The notes under the pieces were generated by a model, which made no database searches, had not been told where the DNA came from, and saw only the letters and a program-made list of their open reading frames with translations. Made by a program: the position numbers and the translations under genes. Shown piece by piece: positions 63,385 through 64,000 of a DNA stretch of 64,000 nucleotides. How positions within the stretch are numbered: position 1 is the first letter of the stretch; every line of letters starts with the position of its first letter. The stretch comes from Camelus ferus (lineage: Eukaryota), in contig NC_045696.1 of the NCBI RefSeq assembly GCF_009834535.1, positions 40,984,001-41,048,000 of the forward strand, read 5' to 3'.

Positions 63385-63912
63385 TTCAAAAAGATACATA
63401 CACCTTGCTATTAACAGCAACATTATTTATAATTGCCAAGATATGGAAGCATCCTAAGTGCACATCAATAGATGAATGGATAAAGAAGATGCAGCATATA
63501 CATGTAATGGCATACAACTCACTCATAAGAAAGAAGGATATTTTGCTATTTGCAGCCTTTCATTCACTTTTTCCACTTCAAAAACTGGAATTTTATAACT
63601 GGCATAAACATTTCCACGGCATCAAGAAGAACAAAATACCTAGAGATAAACTTAACCAAGGAGGTTACCTATATTCTGAAAACTAAAACATTGATGAAGG
63701 AAATTGAAGATGATACAAAGAAATGGAAAGGTATGCTGTACTTTTGGATTGGAAGAATCAACATGATCAAAATGGCTGTACTACCCAAAGCAATCTACAG
63801 ATCCAGTGCAACCCCTGTCAAAGTACTCACAATGTTTTTCACAGAACTGGAACAAACAATTCCAAAATTTATATGGAACCATAAAAGACCCTTAACTGCC
63901 AAAGCAATCTTT
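63385..63912 (+). mobile_element. Two L1 ORF2 fragments in non-collinear order
   Basis: 63385-63555 encodes the ORF2 C-terminal end (ATLFIIAKIWKHPKC). 63615-63912 encodes an upstream part ([11 protein letters not shown]...[19 protein letters not shown]). Confidence 0.8.
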
Positions 63913-64000
63913 TCTAGGTCTTTTTTTTTTTTCCTCCTCTTTCTTCTTTTTGTTCTCTTTCCTTACAGTTTGATGACTAGAGAAATTCCTTAAACATTTG

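Noticed and set aside
1..64000. CRISPR array, prokaryotic defence or retron-like RT system
   Set aside because: No repeat-spacer arrays or operon structure. The only recognisable reverse transcriptase is ordinary L1 ORF2 in mammalian intronic DNA.

Overview
Mammalian genomic DNA, most likely camelid (alpaca/camel), judged from five copies of a tRNA-derived SINE of the Vic-1 type. The window holds the last two coding exons and polyA signals of LNP1 (+ strand), then the CpG-island promoter and non-coding exon 1 of TMEM45A (+). About 40 kb of TMEM45A intron 1 follows, and I did not find its first coding exon in the window. This LNP1-TMEM45A order matches human 3q12 as I recall it. Intron 1 contains an apparently full-length antisense processed pseudogene of the imprinted gene PLAGL1/ZAC1, part of a four-layer nested insertion (old L1 > MLT2 LTR > PLAGL1 retrocopy > young L1). 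Other notable items are a U6 snRNA/L1 chimeric retrocopy, a frameshift in the LNP1 last exon, a young 5'-truncated L1 with 672 open codons and a doubled 3' end, and a poly(A)-less internal L1 fragment flanked by a 12-bp duplication. I see no evidence of a wholly new biological system. Gene and repeat-family names come from recalled sequences, not database searches, and the boundaries of old repeats are approximate.
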